From Bythopirellula sp. (GTDB taxonomy: Bacteria > Planctomycetota > Planctomycetia > Pirellulales > Lacipirellulaceae): a DNA stretch of 64,000 nucleotides. Made by a program: the position numbers and the translations under genes. Shown piece by piece: positions 50,207 through 60,448 of this stretch. Numbering within the stretch: position 1 is the stretch's first letter; each line of letters starts with the position of its first letter. Under the pieces are notes generated by a model. That model saw nothing but the letters and a program-made list of their open reading frames with translations, had not been told where the DNA came from and did not search any database. The DNA is taken from positions 1,472,001-1,536,000 of the forward strand of contig OZ244170.1 in the NCBI GenBank assembly GCA_965216565.1, in the 5' to 3' direction.

Positions 50207-51709
50207 CTATTGGTTCTTAACTGCCGAGGCATCTGCAATATGCTTGGTATTCGGTTCCGGCATGAGCGCTCCCATGGAGTCTCGCCATGCGGAGAGTTTA
50301 GCCAAGAGTGAATCTCGAAGCTCGCTTTCATGTTCAGAGAGGTTCTGCTGCTCACCAATATCTTCAGCCAGGTTGTAAAGCTCAACTTCCGACTCGCCGT
50401 ACCATTGAATTAGCTTCCAATCCCCATGGCGGATGACTCCACCCGGTCGCCCCCCCTGGTTCCCATAGTGCGGATAGTGCCAGTAGACGGTGTCCCGCTC
50501 GAGTTCGCCACCATTCAAAGCAGGTACGAGACTCACGCCGTCTTGGTGCTGGTTAGGCAGAGTGGATAGACCAGCCAACTCGAGCATCGTTGGATAGTAG
50601 TCTGTGCTCGTGACCACCGCATCAGTCTGGCTACCGGGATCAGTAATCCCGGGTGCGCGCACGATTACCGGGACTCGAATTCCTCCTTCATAGAGCCAGC
50701 CTTTGCCTGCTCGTAGTGGAGTATTACTCGTGGGCCAACCTTGATCTCGGGAGATCCCGCGGTCACCGGTCGACAGTCCGCCATTGTCGGAGGTGAAAAT
50801 CACAATCGTATTGTCCGCCAAACCTTGCTCTTCGAGACTGTCGAGCACTTTGCCGACCGCTTCGTCCATCGCTTCAACCATCGCCGCATAGACAGCATGC
50901 TCTTGAACCTGGCGCACTCGGGTCTCACCGTCAAACTCATAGATTGGCGTATCCGTCTCGCCAAATGGATTACGCTTCCGCTCGTATTTTTGCCGCAGAT
51001 CTTCACGTGCTACCAAAGGCACATGAACAGAGTAAAACGAGAGGCAGGCGAAGAAGGGCTTGTGCTTGTGTGTTTCGATGAATCGAACCGTCTCTGTGGC
51101 GAGTCTGTCCGTCAGGTGTTCACCTGGAGGCCCATCCTTCAAACGTGGATTGTTATAAGGCGGAAAATATTGCTTTCCGCCGAAGGGTCCGCCCTGAGCC
51201 CATCCACCTTGATTGATGTCGAACCCTTGATACTCGGGCCAATATCGGTCTTTCGATCCTAGATGCCACTTGCCGGCAAAAAATGTTGCGTAACCCTGAT
51301 CGTGGAATGCTTCGGCAACAGTGACCTCATCGAGTGGCAAATGATCAACGTATTTGGCTGGCTTGAGCGGTGTGTTGCCTTTGTATTGATTTGGTTGAGG
51401 CGCTCCGATGTGCGCCGTCAGCCCCAGACGCGCTGGATACTTGCCCGAAAAGACGCTAGCCCGTGTTGGCGAACAGACAGGACAAGAAGCATACCCATTC
51501 GAGAAGCTCACGCCCGACTTGGCGAGAGCATCAATTTTGGGTGTTTCGTAAAAAGTGCTTCCATAACAGCCCACATCGCGCCACCCTAAATCATCGACCA
51601 GGATGAACAGAATGTTGGGCGGACTCGTATCGGCCAAGCTAGAGGCGAGTCCAAAGCATGTCGTTAGCAAGAATCCAAGGCATACGAAAAATGATTGTCT
51701 AACTGCCAT
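50207..51709 (-). CDS. Sulfatase
   Basis: DDLG, CSPTR, GKWHLG, SDNGG, EGGIRVP; start refined to ATG 51709. Confidence 0.92.
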   Translation of the reverse strand: MAVRQSFFVCLGFLLTTCFGLASSLADTSPPNILFILVDDLGWRDVGCYGSTFYETPKIDALAKSGVSFSNGYASCPVCSPTRASVFSGKYPARLGLTAHIGAPQPNQYKGNTPLKPAKYVDHLPLDEVTVAEAFHDQGYATFFAGKWHLGSKDRYWPEYQGFDINQGGWAQGGPFGGKQYFPPYNNPRLKDGPPGEHLTDRLATETVRFIETHKHKPFFACLSFYSVHVPLVAREDLRQKYERKRNPFGETDTPIYEFDGETRVRQVQEHAVYAAMVEAMDEAVGKVLDSLEEQGLADNTIVIFTSDNGGLSTGDRGISRDQGWPTSNTPLRAGKGWLYEGGIRVPVIVRAPGITDPGSQTDAVVTSTDYYPTMLELAGLSTLPNQHQDGVSLVPALNGGELERDTVYWHYPHYGNQGGRPGGVIRHGDWKLIQWYGESEVELYNLAEDIGEQQNLSEHESELRDSLLAKLSAWRDSMGALMPEPNTKHIADASAVKNQ

Positions 51710-51751
51710 TCGATTCTGGATTCCAATTCTCTTCTTCAAAAGTACTAAAAG

Positions 51752-51786
51752 ATAAAAGCATCGACCCTCCCGAAGAGGGTCGATGC
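51752..51786 (-). terminator. Intrinsic terminator after the PEP-CTERM pair
   Basis: 12-bp stem GCATCGACCCTC/GAGGGTCGATGC followed by TTTTAT on minus. Confidence 0.7.
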
Positions 51787-51833
51787 CGCGGCCCAACCGC
51801 TGCCCATTAGCGATTGGTCGGGCCACAATTTCT

Positions 51834-52718
51834 CTAACCTCTACGACGCGCTAACAGTGCCACGCTACCGGCAGCCAACAATAGGCAGCTGGTAGGTTCT
51901 GGAATTGCTGAAATTACCAGATTATCTACATAGCGTTGTGCGAAGTTATTACTACTGAAAGCGACAATTCCTGTGTCACGTCCTGGCTTTCCAGAATGTG
52001 CAAAAGTACCGGTTGCCAGAACATTGCCATCCACAGAAACCCGGTAGTCGATGAGATCGCCCGCCGTGTTATAGGCACCTGCCACTTGTGGTGCAATCTG
52101 CAGCAAAACGTCATGTGCAGCCGCCGGATCGAGATAATCGAAGCTGCTTGTTGCTACGTTATCAATAAGTACATTGGCGTTTGCTGCATTTCCGTTAGCA
52201 CCCTGTTGGAAGAGGACCCCCAGCTCGGTCTTGCTAATTGCCGAAGCTCCGCCTAAACCGCCTGCAGTCGCATCGCTACCAACACCCACAGCTAAATAGC
52301 CTCCAGCAGACGCATTGGCGTTAGGATCGGTGTTGCGATCGAATCTGAAAGCCACTGAAAATCCATTGGGGGCATCTGCAGCAGCACTATAGCCGGTGAT
52401 CACGCCGCCGTTGAGCAGATGTCCGTGATTTCCCAGAAGTGCTTCGAACTGATTAAGTCCCACAACTTGTTGGGCACCACCAGTCGGAGTTGGATCGAGC
52501 ACAACGTACGGAGCTGAATTCGAACCGCCTAGGTTGTTGTTGTTTGTTCCCCAATCCGAGTCGCCATTGCCCGCGCCGGCCGGATTTCCATTGCCATCGC
52601 CGCTACCAGTTGTGCGTCCCTCAAAGTCATCGGAAAACAGAACGGTCGCTTGTACCTGCGACGCGGTCAGGGCGGTGGCTACCAAGATAGCAACCGCGAA
52701 ACAGAGATGTCGTTTCAT
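51834..52718 (-). CDS. Secreted PEP-CTERM protein of unknown function
   Basis: Signal peptide; IPEPTS + TM + RRR; paralog of the next gene. Confidence 0.82.
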   Translation of the reverse strand: MKRHLCFAVAILVATALTASQVQATVLFSDDFEGRTTGSGDGNGNPAGAGNGDSDWGTNNNNLGGSNSAPYVVLDPTPTGGAQQVVGLNQFEALLGNHGHLLNGGVITGYSAAADAPNGFSVAFRFDRNTDPNANASAGGYLAVGVGSDATAGGLGGASAISKTELGVLFQQGANGNAANANVLIDNVATSSFDYLDPAAAHDVLLQIAPQVAGAYNTAGDLIDYRVSVDGNVLATGTFAHSGKPGRDTGIVAFSSNNFAQRYVDNLVISAIPEPTSCLLLAAGSVALLARRRG

Positions 52719-52792
52719 TAGACTAATACCTCCCAAAAAACAGGAAAAGAACGTATCGAATACTCGCTGCGTTCAGAAAAAACTCGAAACTA

Positions 52793-53914
52793 CTATTTTC
52801 GTCTACGAAGTCCACATAGGCCAGTTCCAGCCACGAGCAGCATCAATGCGCTCGGCTCCGGCACAGCGCCCAATGATCCAGTCAGCGGTGCACCGCCATA
52901 CTGGGTTTCATAAATAGCCAGATCAGCCTGACCGACAGTTCCGTCGCCATTGGCATCACCATTGCTATTGTCGGTTTGACCAGTGAGGCCAACGTTTTGC
53001 TGGTAAATCAAGAAGTCTAGGCCGGTAACGGTACCATCGCCGTCAAAGTCAGCGTTGTCCTGCTGCACAATCGGCAGCGCGCTCACGACGATGTTATCGA
53101 TGTAGCGATGAACAAATGGAAAGGCCGAGAAAGAGATGTTGCCGAAGAAGTCACCGCCCGAGACGCTGTAGTCTTGGGACACATTGGGGTCCCCATCGAT
53201 GGTGACCGTGACATCAATAGTATCTGAGTCTCCATAAGCTCCGTTTATTTGTGGAACAAGTGTCAGTTCAACAGAATGTCCGATGTTCGGATCGCCATAG
53301 TCCAGCAGCCCTGGCTGACCGCCCGTGTTGGGATCGGTTAGCATGCCGTCCTGATGCACTGAAGTATTTCCCACATTCGATCCAACACTTTGCTGGAAGA
53401 GAAGCGAGAAGTCTGCGTTGTTTGGATTGAATAGACCGCTCGTGCCTGCCGACACATTCGGATCGAGAGAAAATATCGGGTGATTAGGATCCGTACCAAA
53501 ACCAACAGTCACGAAGCCATTTCCTGGAGGTGCGTTGATCGGATGAAAACGATTAAATTCGAATTCGACTTTGAAACCGGATGGCGCTAAGCCAGTCACA
53601 TCCACTGGATAACGGGCTGCCCCATCGCAAAGCACGCCAAAGGAACCGTCAGTCACTTGATTGCATCCACCGGTACGATTGCGACCCACCATCCAGGCGT
53701 TCGAGAGCGTTCCATTAGGTGAACCCCCAACCATGTTGTCGTTAGTGCCCCAATCAGAATTCACTCCATTGGGGTCGGGGCTGGTGGTCGTTACATCACT
53801 GGCCCCCGTTTCCCGATTGAAAGTATCGGAGAACAGCACGGTCTGGGCGCTCGAACTGCTAACGAGCAGGGCAGCAAGTACGAGACTGGTTGAGAAGAGA
53901 GTCATGGTTTTCAT
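52793..53914 (-). CDS. Secreted PEP-CTERM protein with dockerin-like DxDGDG repeats
   Basis: Signal peptide; ADFDGDG and DANGDG; VPEPSA + TM + RRRK. Confidence 0.82.
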   Translation of the reverse strand: MKTMTLFSTSLVLAALLVSSSSAQTVLFSDTFNRETGASDVTTTSPDPNGVNSDWGTNDNMVGGSPNGTLSNAWMVGRNRTGGCNQVTDGSFGVLCDGAARYPVDVTGLAPSGFKVEFEFNRFHPINAPPGNGFVTVGFGTDPNHPIFSLDPNVSAGTSGLFNPNNADFSLLFQQSVGSNVGNTSVHQDGMLTDPNTGGQPGLLDYGDPNIGHSVELTLVPQINGAYGDSDTIDVTVTIDGDPNVSQDYSVSGGDFFGNISFSAFPFVHRYIDNIVVSALPIVQQDNADFDGDGTVTGLDFLIYQQNVGLTGQTDNSNGDANGDGTVGQADLAIYETQYGGAPLTGSLGAVPEPSALMLLVAGTGLCGLRRRK

Positions 53915-54045
53915 CGGATTCATCCTAACTGCAGGTCTACTCACTGAATGGATTGTCATTTGAAAGATGGACATGGATTACAACTGGTTTCTTGAATGTC
54001 TAGGAGTGTATTTAGGCGGTTACCGCTCCTCTAGGGTAGTTGGCT

Positions 54046-55098
54046 CTAGGGTAATTGAACAATTTCTTCACCTTTAATAGTACTGAGACCTTTCCAAACG
54101 ATTAGATCGATATCTTCACTAATAAACTGTGCTGAAGCGTCGCACATTACGATGTTAACCCCGGCGCTATGTTCGCTCCGTGAGCCGAGGTGCATGATGT
54201 TCTCAATCCCGGTGCTATCGCAAGGAAGTTCGAGTTCTGGGAGATGCACGCAAGCCGACTTATCACGTTCTTGAGAATTGGGCGGTAGCTGGGTCGATAC
54301 TTGATAAGTCCCAGCAACGTGATTCCAAATACGGCCTCGACGATCAACGGCCCCTTCTTCAGATGGCGATTGAATAATCTCCATCATAGCGATGCTATTC
54401 GATGTGCCGTCAGTCATCTCGGCTATTCTCGCTCCATACCCAATCCCGAATGCTGCCCAGTAATGTTCGGTAGCTTCTTTGTTTCCAAACGGATTCTCGT
54501 TGGTGCGAGCAGGGCCAAGTGTGCTTTGGTCGAATTGATCGATGAAGTTGAAGCTCCCCCAACAGGTTCCATAACTGCCCTTGTGATCTTGAAAAGTCAT
54601 CGAACCAACTGGGCCCCCTAAAGTGGCCGACATGATCTGCCCTTCACTGCTTGGGCATTGGTAAGTAGGCAGCGGTCCCCGAATTGCTTCAAGTACCCCA
54701 AGCTCCTGCCGATCCCAATCGATAGACCTATCATAAAGGGCAAAGCGGTTGCCCTCTTCTAAATAAGGGAGCATGAACACCACGTTGGGTGTGAAAGGAA
54801 TGAATCCCCTCGCTGTGGGATCGTTGATACTCCTTTGCTTTGTGAGATTATTAGGCCGTCTGTGACCGAGATTGCCCGGTGGAAAACGCTTATTAGCCGA
54901 GTGATAATTTTGCAGCGCCAGCCCGAGTTGGCGGAGGTTATTCGTACACTGGCTACGTCTGGCCGCCTCGCGTGCAGCTTGAACGGCAGGGAGCAGTAAG
55001 GCTACGAGCACGCCAATGATGGCAATTACGACCAACAGTTCAACGAGCGTAAAGCCACGTTTGCCGCGGCAAGCGGGGCTTCGAGGATGTAAATTCAA
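54046..55098 (-). CDS. DUF1559 prepilin-type N-methylation protein
   Basis: [40 protein letters not shown]-x9-D; TTG start after GGAGG. Confidence 0.93.
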   Translation of the reverse strand: MNLHPRSPACRGKRGFTLVELLVVIAIIGVLVALLLPAVQAAREAARRSQCTNNLRQLGLALQNYHSANKRFPPGNLGHRRPNNLTKQRSINDPTARGFIPFTPNVVFMLPYLEEGNRFALYDRSIDWDRQELGVLEAIRGPLPTYQCPSSEGQIMSATLGGPVGSMTFQDHKGSYGTCWGSFNFIDQFDQSTLGPARTNENPFGNKEATEHYWAAFGIGYGARIAEMTDGTSNSIAMMEIIQSPSEEGAVDRRGRIWNHVAGTYQVSTQLPPNSQERDKSACVHLPELELPCDSTGIENIMHLGSRSEHSAGVNIVMCDASAQFISEDIDLIVWKGLSTIKGEEIVQLP

Positions 55099-55696
55099 AA
55101 GAACCTCCAAGTTCTTGCAGGTATAAACGTCTTTAGTCTTTTGTGCAGTGATGCAGTGAGAAGACAAGTTTGGAATGTAGCAACTGCCCCGGTATGTATT
55201 ACTCCGCACCACAATCTGTATCTGTCAGGCAAAATCTGACTAGCGATCTGTTTTCTTCTAGCCCAATTTTCTCGGACCTGGGCATACTCCTTCCCCTTAT
55301 TGATCTAAACACCTGCCATTTAACACTTTTCGTCCGATCACTCGTGCCGAGCATCAGACCTCAAGTTTTGCCGATCCAATACCACTAAAATCACATAAGG
55401 AGTTTTGATATAACACTTTGCATCAACTGATGAAGTCTTCCATAACCGATTCTGCACGCTCACGGAATTTGCTCTGTAACTCGGCCAATAAATCTTCATA
55501 GAGGAATGAAGCACCTGTGGGATACCAGACCTTCCAACAAAACGTTCAATTTCCTTGACAGATGCAGTGGGGCTTTTGGAGTAATTAAACCAGGAGGGAA
55601 TAGCGACGCCAGGAGCAGGAGAGTTTCTCATCCAACTTCCCTGGCTTAGAGACCCGATTCCTTCGTACTCCCCACCTCTGACCTAGGCCTGAGTCT

Positions 55697-56209
55697 ATGG
55701 ACGACGAGTTTGTTATTTCAATGATCAACTGCCAACGAAGGCTGTACGCCTACGTTCTGTCGATCGTGTTCGACAAGGAACGGGCTCGCGAAATTGTCCA
55801 GCAGGCTAATTTGGTCCTTTTGCAAAAGAAATCCGATTATCAGCCAGGAACAAATTTCGGCGCCTGGGCTTGCAAAATTGCTTTCTACGAGGTGCTAGCC
55901 GATCGGCGTCGAAGACAGCGCGATCGTCACTTATTCAACGAGGAAACCCTCGCCCGCGTAGCAACTCAGGCCGAGCGAGCATCGGTCCATGCAGACCAGC
56001 GAATCGAGGCTCTCGAAGGCTGTTTGGAAGAACTTGATTCTGAGCAACGTCAGCTTGTTCGAGATAGATATTCGCCTGGTGGCTCTGTCAGCAGTATTGC
56101 CGAGAGTGCCAACAAGTCTCCCGCGGCCATATCAAGCCTGCTGTATCGAATTCGCTTAGCGCTCGACGAATGCATCGGACGCAAACTCGGAGGGCAGGCG
56201 TTGTCATGA
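55697..56209 (+). CDS. ECF sigma-70 factor (planctomycete/verrucomicrobial type)
   Basis: QRRLYAYV, EIVQQANL, NFGAWACKIA, LYRIRLAL. Confidence 0.9.
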   Translation: MDDEFVISMINCQRRLYAYVLSIVFDKERAREIVQQANLVLLQKKSDYQPGTNFGAWACKIAFYEVLADRRRRQRDRHLFNEETLARVATQAERASVHADQRIEALEGCLEELDSEQRQLVRDRYSPGGSVSSIAESANKSPAAISSLLYRIRLALDECIGRKLGGQALS

Positions 56210-57606
56210 GCAGTCAAGAGCACCGAGAAATCCGCCGCCTGTTGTCGAAGTTTGTCGATGGTGTGGCGACCGAACGAGAAGCCATTAAGCTTGCTGAGGC
56301 ACTGGACTGCGACGAGGCTTTGCAAGAGGCTGTAGTCATTTTCATGCAACGCGAGGCAGCGCTGGATGAATTGCACTGTCGCGATCTGCTAGCCCAGGCG
56401 TTGGAATTGGAAGATATCCAATCGATGTCGCCTGGAGAGACCATTGCCGCGGGGGCAGTTCTTGCCGCCGATAGACAACCGAAGCGTGTGCAGCATTCCA
56501 ACGATGGAGCGGTTTCCGCGATGAAGAATTTTTGTCGCACACTCCAAACTAAGTTGGAAGATCAACCCTTAGTGTGGGCGGTTGCCGCGAGTCTGATGTT
56601 GGCCATCGGGACTTTTTTCCTTTGGCCTAGTTCGCATGCTTCGCTCCTGGCTGTCGATAATGTGCTTTGGTCCAACGGCGAAGACTATCAGAGCGGGGAC
56701 CGGCTTGGCAGTGATTGGATTGAATTCGATTCCGGCTCTATTCAGCTTGCCTTTTCCAGTTCAGCCACAATGAAAATCGAAGGACCTGCACGCTTTCGTG
56801 CTTCAGGGAATGGTTATTGTGAACTCCAATTAGGATCGGCCCTTACTTATGTGCCTAAGGCCGCTCAAGGATTCATAGTCGAGACGCCCCAGATGCGTGT
56901 CGTCGATCTGGGGACCAGTTTTCGAGTGACGGTTGCCGAGAATTCTCACAGTTCGGTGCAGGTACTCGAGGGTGTCGTGGAGGCAGAGGCTAAACAAAGC
57001 GGCGAAGTAAGAGAACTCGTTGCAAGTGATGTCGCAACCGTATTGGAAGACGATTCAGATACCATACGGATAATTAGCTCGAAACGAATCAAGCCAATCA
57101 CATCGAAGCGCATTCGGTTCGAGGACAAACACGTCCCGTCGCTAGGCATCAATGGGCTGAAAGGCAACAACCGATGTTTTGTATTCTTGGAAAGGCACGA
57201 TCTGGCGCTTCCGCATGATCTGGTGGCAAACCAAACTACGACAGGAGTTCATACACAGTTTTCGTATTCAGGCGGCACGATTCCTCTTGGCACAAAGGTG
57301 GATTGCTACTTGATCCACAGTGCCCCTCAGGTCAAACGTCATGTTGTCGAAGGTCAGATAATTTTTCCGGGTAAGATTCTTGGCGTTATCACTAGTTCCG
57401 ACAAGCTAAATGCAACCAACGATCTCTTCGGCTCACCGTGGTCGCTCAAGTGCGGACATCCCGAACGCGGACTGGAGGGAGTCCCGAACGTAAACTCAGA
57501 TCGATTAGAAATCAGTGCGGATCAGCGCACGCTGCGAATGACTATGCGTACCGAGTCTATCGATCAGTTGCGCGTTCTCGTCAGCACCTCGGCCGATTCC
57601 AAATAG
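56206..57606 (+). CDS. FecR-like anti-sigma factor with C-terminal extracytoplasmic domain
   Basis: ATGA overlap with sigma; WAVAASL TM helix; VETP..VVDLGTSF, VLEGVV. Confidence 0.85.
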   Translation: MSSQEHREIRRLLSKFVDGVATEREAIKLAEALDCDEALQEAVVIFMQREAALDELHCRDLLAQALELEDIQSMSPGETIAAGAVLAADRQPKRVQHSNDGAVSAMKNFCRTLQTKLEDQPLVWAVAASLMLAIGTFFLWPSSHASLLAVDNVLWSNGEDYQSGDRLGSDWIEFDSGSIQLAFSSSATMKIEGPARFRASGNGYCELQLGSALTYVPKAAQGFIVETPQMRVVDLGTSFRVTVAENSHSSVQVLEGVVEAEAKQSGEVRELVASDVATVLEDDSDTIRIISSKRIKPITSKRIRFEDKHVPSLGINGLKGNNRCFVFLERHDLALPHDLVANQTTTGVHTQFSYSGGTIPLGTKVDCYLIHSAPQVKRHVVEGQIIFPGKILGVITSSDKLNATNDLFGSPWSLKCGHPERGLEGVPNVNSDRLEISADQRTLRMTMRTESIDQLRVLVSTSADSK

Positions 57607-57618
57607 CCTGAGAAACGT

Positions 57619-59994
57619 CTACTCTGCAGGAGCTGATACTCTAACAGCGTCTACTTGCCAACGACCTTCGGTCACAACAATTACGAGTTCGTCTTCCTCG
57701 TCACGGATCGATTCGAGCCCCTCAATACTGTCAGGCATAACGGGCTCGATTTGTTGTCCATTGATGGACAAGCTGCCCGCGAATTGCTTAGGCACGGAGA
57801 GCTCGGCGGTGGTTGAATTAGGGACGTCGACAGTTAAGCTGAATTTGCTCTCGCTTTGGGTTGCTGTTACACGAACGACTCCCGCCACGGTTGAAACCTC
57901 GGCTTCAACATGCTTCAGCGGGCCCAATTTTGGTCGAACGCCGAAGCTCTTGTATTCAGGCTCTAGCGGAAAGATTCCTGCAGCGTACTTTGAAAGCAGA
58001 ATCAGCGGTCCGCCGCTCCACGCGTGGTTGTAGCTGCCCCCTCCGAATCCCTCGGTGCCAATCCCCCAGCCTTCCCACAGAGTAGTTAAGTCGCTCTCGA
58101 CCATCTTGTGGTAACGCTTGGCCATACGTTGATAGGCATCCTCGTAGAAGCCCATCTCGAACAGTGCCTGGAGAACATATTTTTCCATATAAGGGCTCGC
58201 ATGGGACTGCTCGCGGAGCACATTGCGAATCTGCGAAAACTGATCGGATTTTGCTAAACCACTGACAACCGCCAGCGCCTGGCCTCGATCGTCTGTGGGT
58301 CCCTCGTATTGCGGCGAACGATACTCTTTGCCGTTCCAAAAACGTTTGTTGAACTGCTCTTCGATACTCGCCATACGCGATTGGGCTTCTTGCAGATCAT
58401 CCTCGTGGCCCAATAACTTGGCCATGGATGCCACAGAATCGAGCGCCAGATAATACCAGGCATTGTAAAGCAACGGCATATCTTTGTTCTTGCCCCAGTC
58501 ACCCCACATCCAAGCACCCTTCCTTGGAACCACCAAGCCATCCTCGCCAAGTTGCCAGACGCTCAGCACATAGTTTTGCACTGTGGGGTAGACATGTTCG
58601 ATCGTTTCTCGATCTCCCGTATGAAGGTAGTAGGTCCAAAACCCGTAACGACCGACACTGGCCAACATTTGCATGGGTAGTTCTTTGTCCCAATTGCCTG
58701 CGGGAATAGGCGAAAATAAAGTGCCATCTTCTTTATGCCAGTCGACTAGCTCCAGGATCGCCTTGCGACCGAGTAGGTGGCTGGCGGTATCCATACTGTA
58801 GAACGTTTGCGGGATCTCCAGAGTCACATCTCCCCACCACTGGGCCCGTTCGCGACCTGGACAGTCGAAAAACCCATCGCGCATATTCACATAGAGCGTG
58901 CGATACGACTTATTCCATAGCCGATTCAAAAAAGGATCGTCGCACTCGAACGAGCCTGCCAGATCGCAGTCGTAACCGCTCTCGCGGTAGCCCAACTCGA
59001 TGACCTTCACGCCATCCGGGATCTGATACCGCACCTCATGACCATTCATCCAACCAAGAGACTCATACTCTTGAGTGCCTTGCTTTGTGATGTATTCGGA
59101 CCGGACGTTGGGTTCACTTCCACCACGATAGTTGTCGGTGCGGATTCCAATCAGCTTTCCAGCGGGGGCCTCTACCTTCAAATAGGGCGTAATTTGTGCG
59201 TTGTAAGGGAGTTTTCCAACTAGGACCCTAGTTGTGTTCTCTTCAATTTCCTGCACTTCCTCGTAGGGGCGCACATCCGTTCGTCGCCACTGAGGGATGG
59301 ATCGTTCGACCAATTGGTTCCACGGTGCCTCCGGAGGTGGTCCGAATTCCTCCGCAAAAGCCCAGTCAGAGTCGTTGTGCTCGCTGCTCTGCCAGTCGGC
59401 AATATCTTGGCTGGCATCGAACCTAATATTCGACTCTGGAAGTCGCCAGTTTGGGTGTGGTTTTTCTGTATTTCCGTAGGCTGGATGAAGCTTGGCTTTC
59501 CACGATCGATTACTAAGAAACTGCTTGCCATCACAGTCTGCTTCAAATACTAAACCAAGCTTACCACTATTCTTGTGGGACATTCCCTCCTTGCCGAAGT
59601 GCCACACCAAAATCGCAATCAGATTGTCACCCTCTTGTAGATATTCTTTCAGGTCGACTCGGTCGAAGTAGGTATCTTCCGGGTTCGGTCCTCTCTTCAA
59701 TTGGCCTTCGAAGACGACAAGCTCATCGTTTACCCATAACCAATACTTAGAATCGCAAGCGATTCGCGCGTTTGCTTGCTGGGGTGGCGCGTCCAGCTGA
59801 ATACGGCCCCGAAAGCAACACCATGTATTGGCAGGCGTTCGAGATTCCTCAGTGGCTTCACCGCTAGCCACCACGTTTCGAGGGAGCCCAATCCAGCTTG
59901 CAGACCACGCTGAGTCGGCACTTTCTGCCCATGACGAAGAAAGCACAGCTAAGAATGAGAGAGCCGAAGTTCCTAGGAAAAGTGTGATGTTCAT
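57619..59994 (-). CDS. GH78-like alpha-L-rhamnosidase
   Basis: Signal peptide; DCPGRERAQWWGD, TTLWEGW, SYNHAW. Confidence 0.85.
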   Translation of the reverse strand: MNITLFLGTSALSFLAVLSSSWAESADSAWSASWIGLPRNVVASGEATEESRTPANTWCCFRGRIQLDAPPQQANARIACDSKYWLWVNDELVVFEGQLKRGPNPEDTYFDRVDLKEYLQEGDNLIAILVWHFGKEGMSHKNSGKLGLVFEADCDGKQFLSNRSWKAKLHPAYGNTEKPHPNWRLPESNIRFDASQDIADWQSSEHNDSDWAFAEEFGPPPEAPWNQLVERSIPQWRRTDVRPYEEVQEIEENTTRVLVGKLPYNAQITPYLKVEAPAGKLIGIRTDNYRGGSEPNVRSEYITKQGTQEYESLGWMNGHEVRYQIPDGVKVIELGYRESGYDCDLAGSFECDDPFLNRLWNKSYRTLYVNMRDGFFDCPGRERAQWWGDVTLEIPQTFYSMDTASHLLGRKAILELVDWHKEDGTLFSPIPAGNWDKELPMQMLASVGRYGFWTYYLHTGDRETIEHVYPTVQNYVLSVWQLGEDGLVVPRKGAWMWGDWGKNKDMPLLYNAWYYLALDSVASMAKLLGHEDDLQEAQSRMASIEEQFNKRFWNGKEYRSPQYEGPTDDRGQALAVVSGLAKSDQFSQIRNVLREQSHASPYMEKYVLQALFEMGFYEDAYQRMAKRYHKMVESDLTTLWEGWGIGTEGFGGGSYNHAWSGGPLILLSKYAAGIFPLEPEYKSFGVRPKLGPLKHVEAEVSTVAGVVRVTATQSESKFSLTVDVPNSTTAELSVPKQFAGSLSINGQQIEPVMPDSIEGLESIRDEEDELVIVVTEGRWQVDAVRVSAPAE

Positions 59995-60350
59995 ACACTG
60001 CTTATAGCTCTTCCGAAGCAGATGCGAAAGGAGGTATCAAAACTCGATTCGTAGAGCGAGAGAGCCTGATTCAGACCTATAAACTCACTAATGAGAGGTC
60101 AGAGATTTGACCTTCCCCCATCAACGGTATCAGCGACTCATGACAGAATCTTTTGCTCTTGGCCGAGCTCTCTGAGAGGGCCTTTGGCTGTTCGAGTTCT
60201 GCGCCTTCGCTCTCGGCAAAGTTGTCATAGATCACGCTAAGTATTGAAAGCCCAGGGCGACAGATCGCCGTGGACATAGCACCGAGTACCGGTGCTATAG
60301 CTGGTGGGATGGTGAAAACGGTTAATCTCTATTCAAGAAAAGTAGAATGT

Positions 60351-60384
60351 CCCCTTTTTCGCCTTTTTCGCCCTTTTTCGCCCT
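60351..60384. repeat. Short tandem repeat (C)CCTTTTTCG x3
   Basis: cccctttttcg cctttttcg ccctttttcg ccct. Confidence 0.7.
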
Positions 60385-60448
60385 AGCAATCAGAAACATT
60401 GTTCTAGAGATTGGGCAATAGCAAGAACTACGCTTCCACGAAGTACCA

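Noticed and set aside
55338..55631. 97-aa minus-strand ORF between DUF1559 and the ECF sigma
   Set aside because: No motif support; lies in a probable regulatory region.
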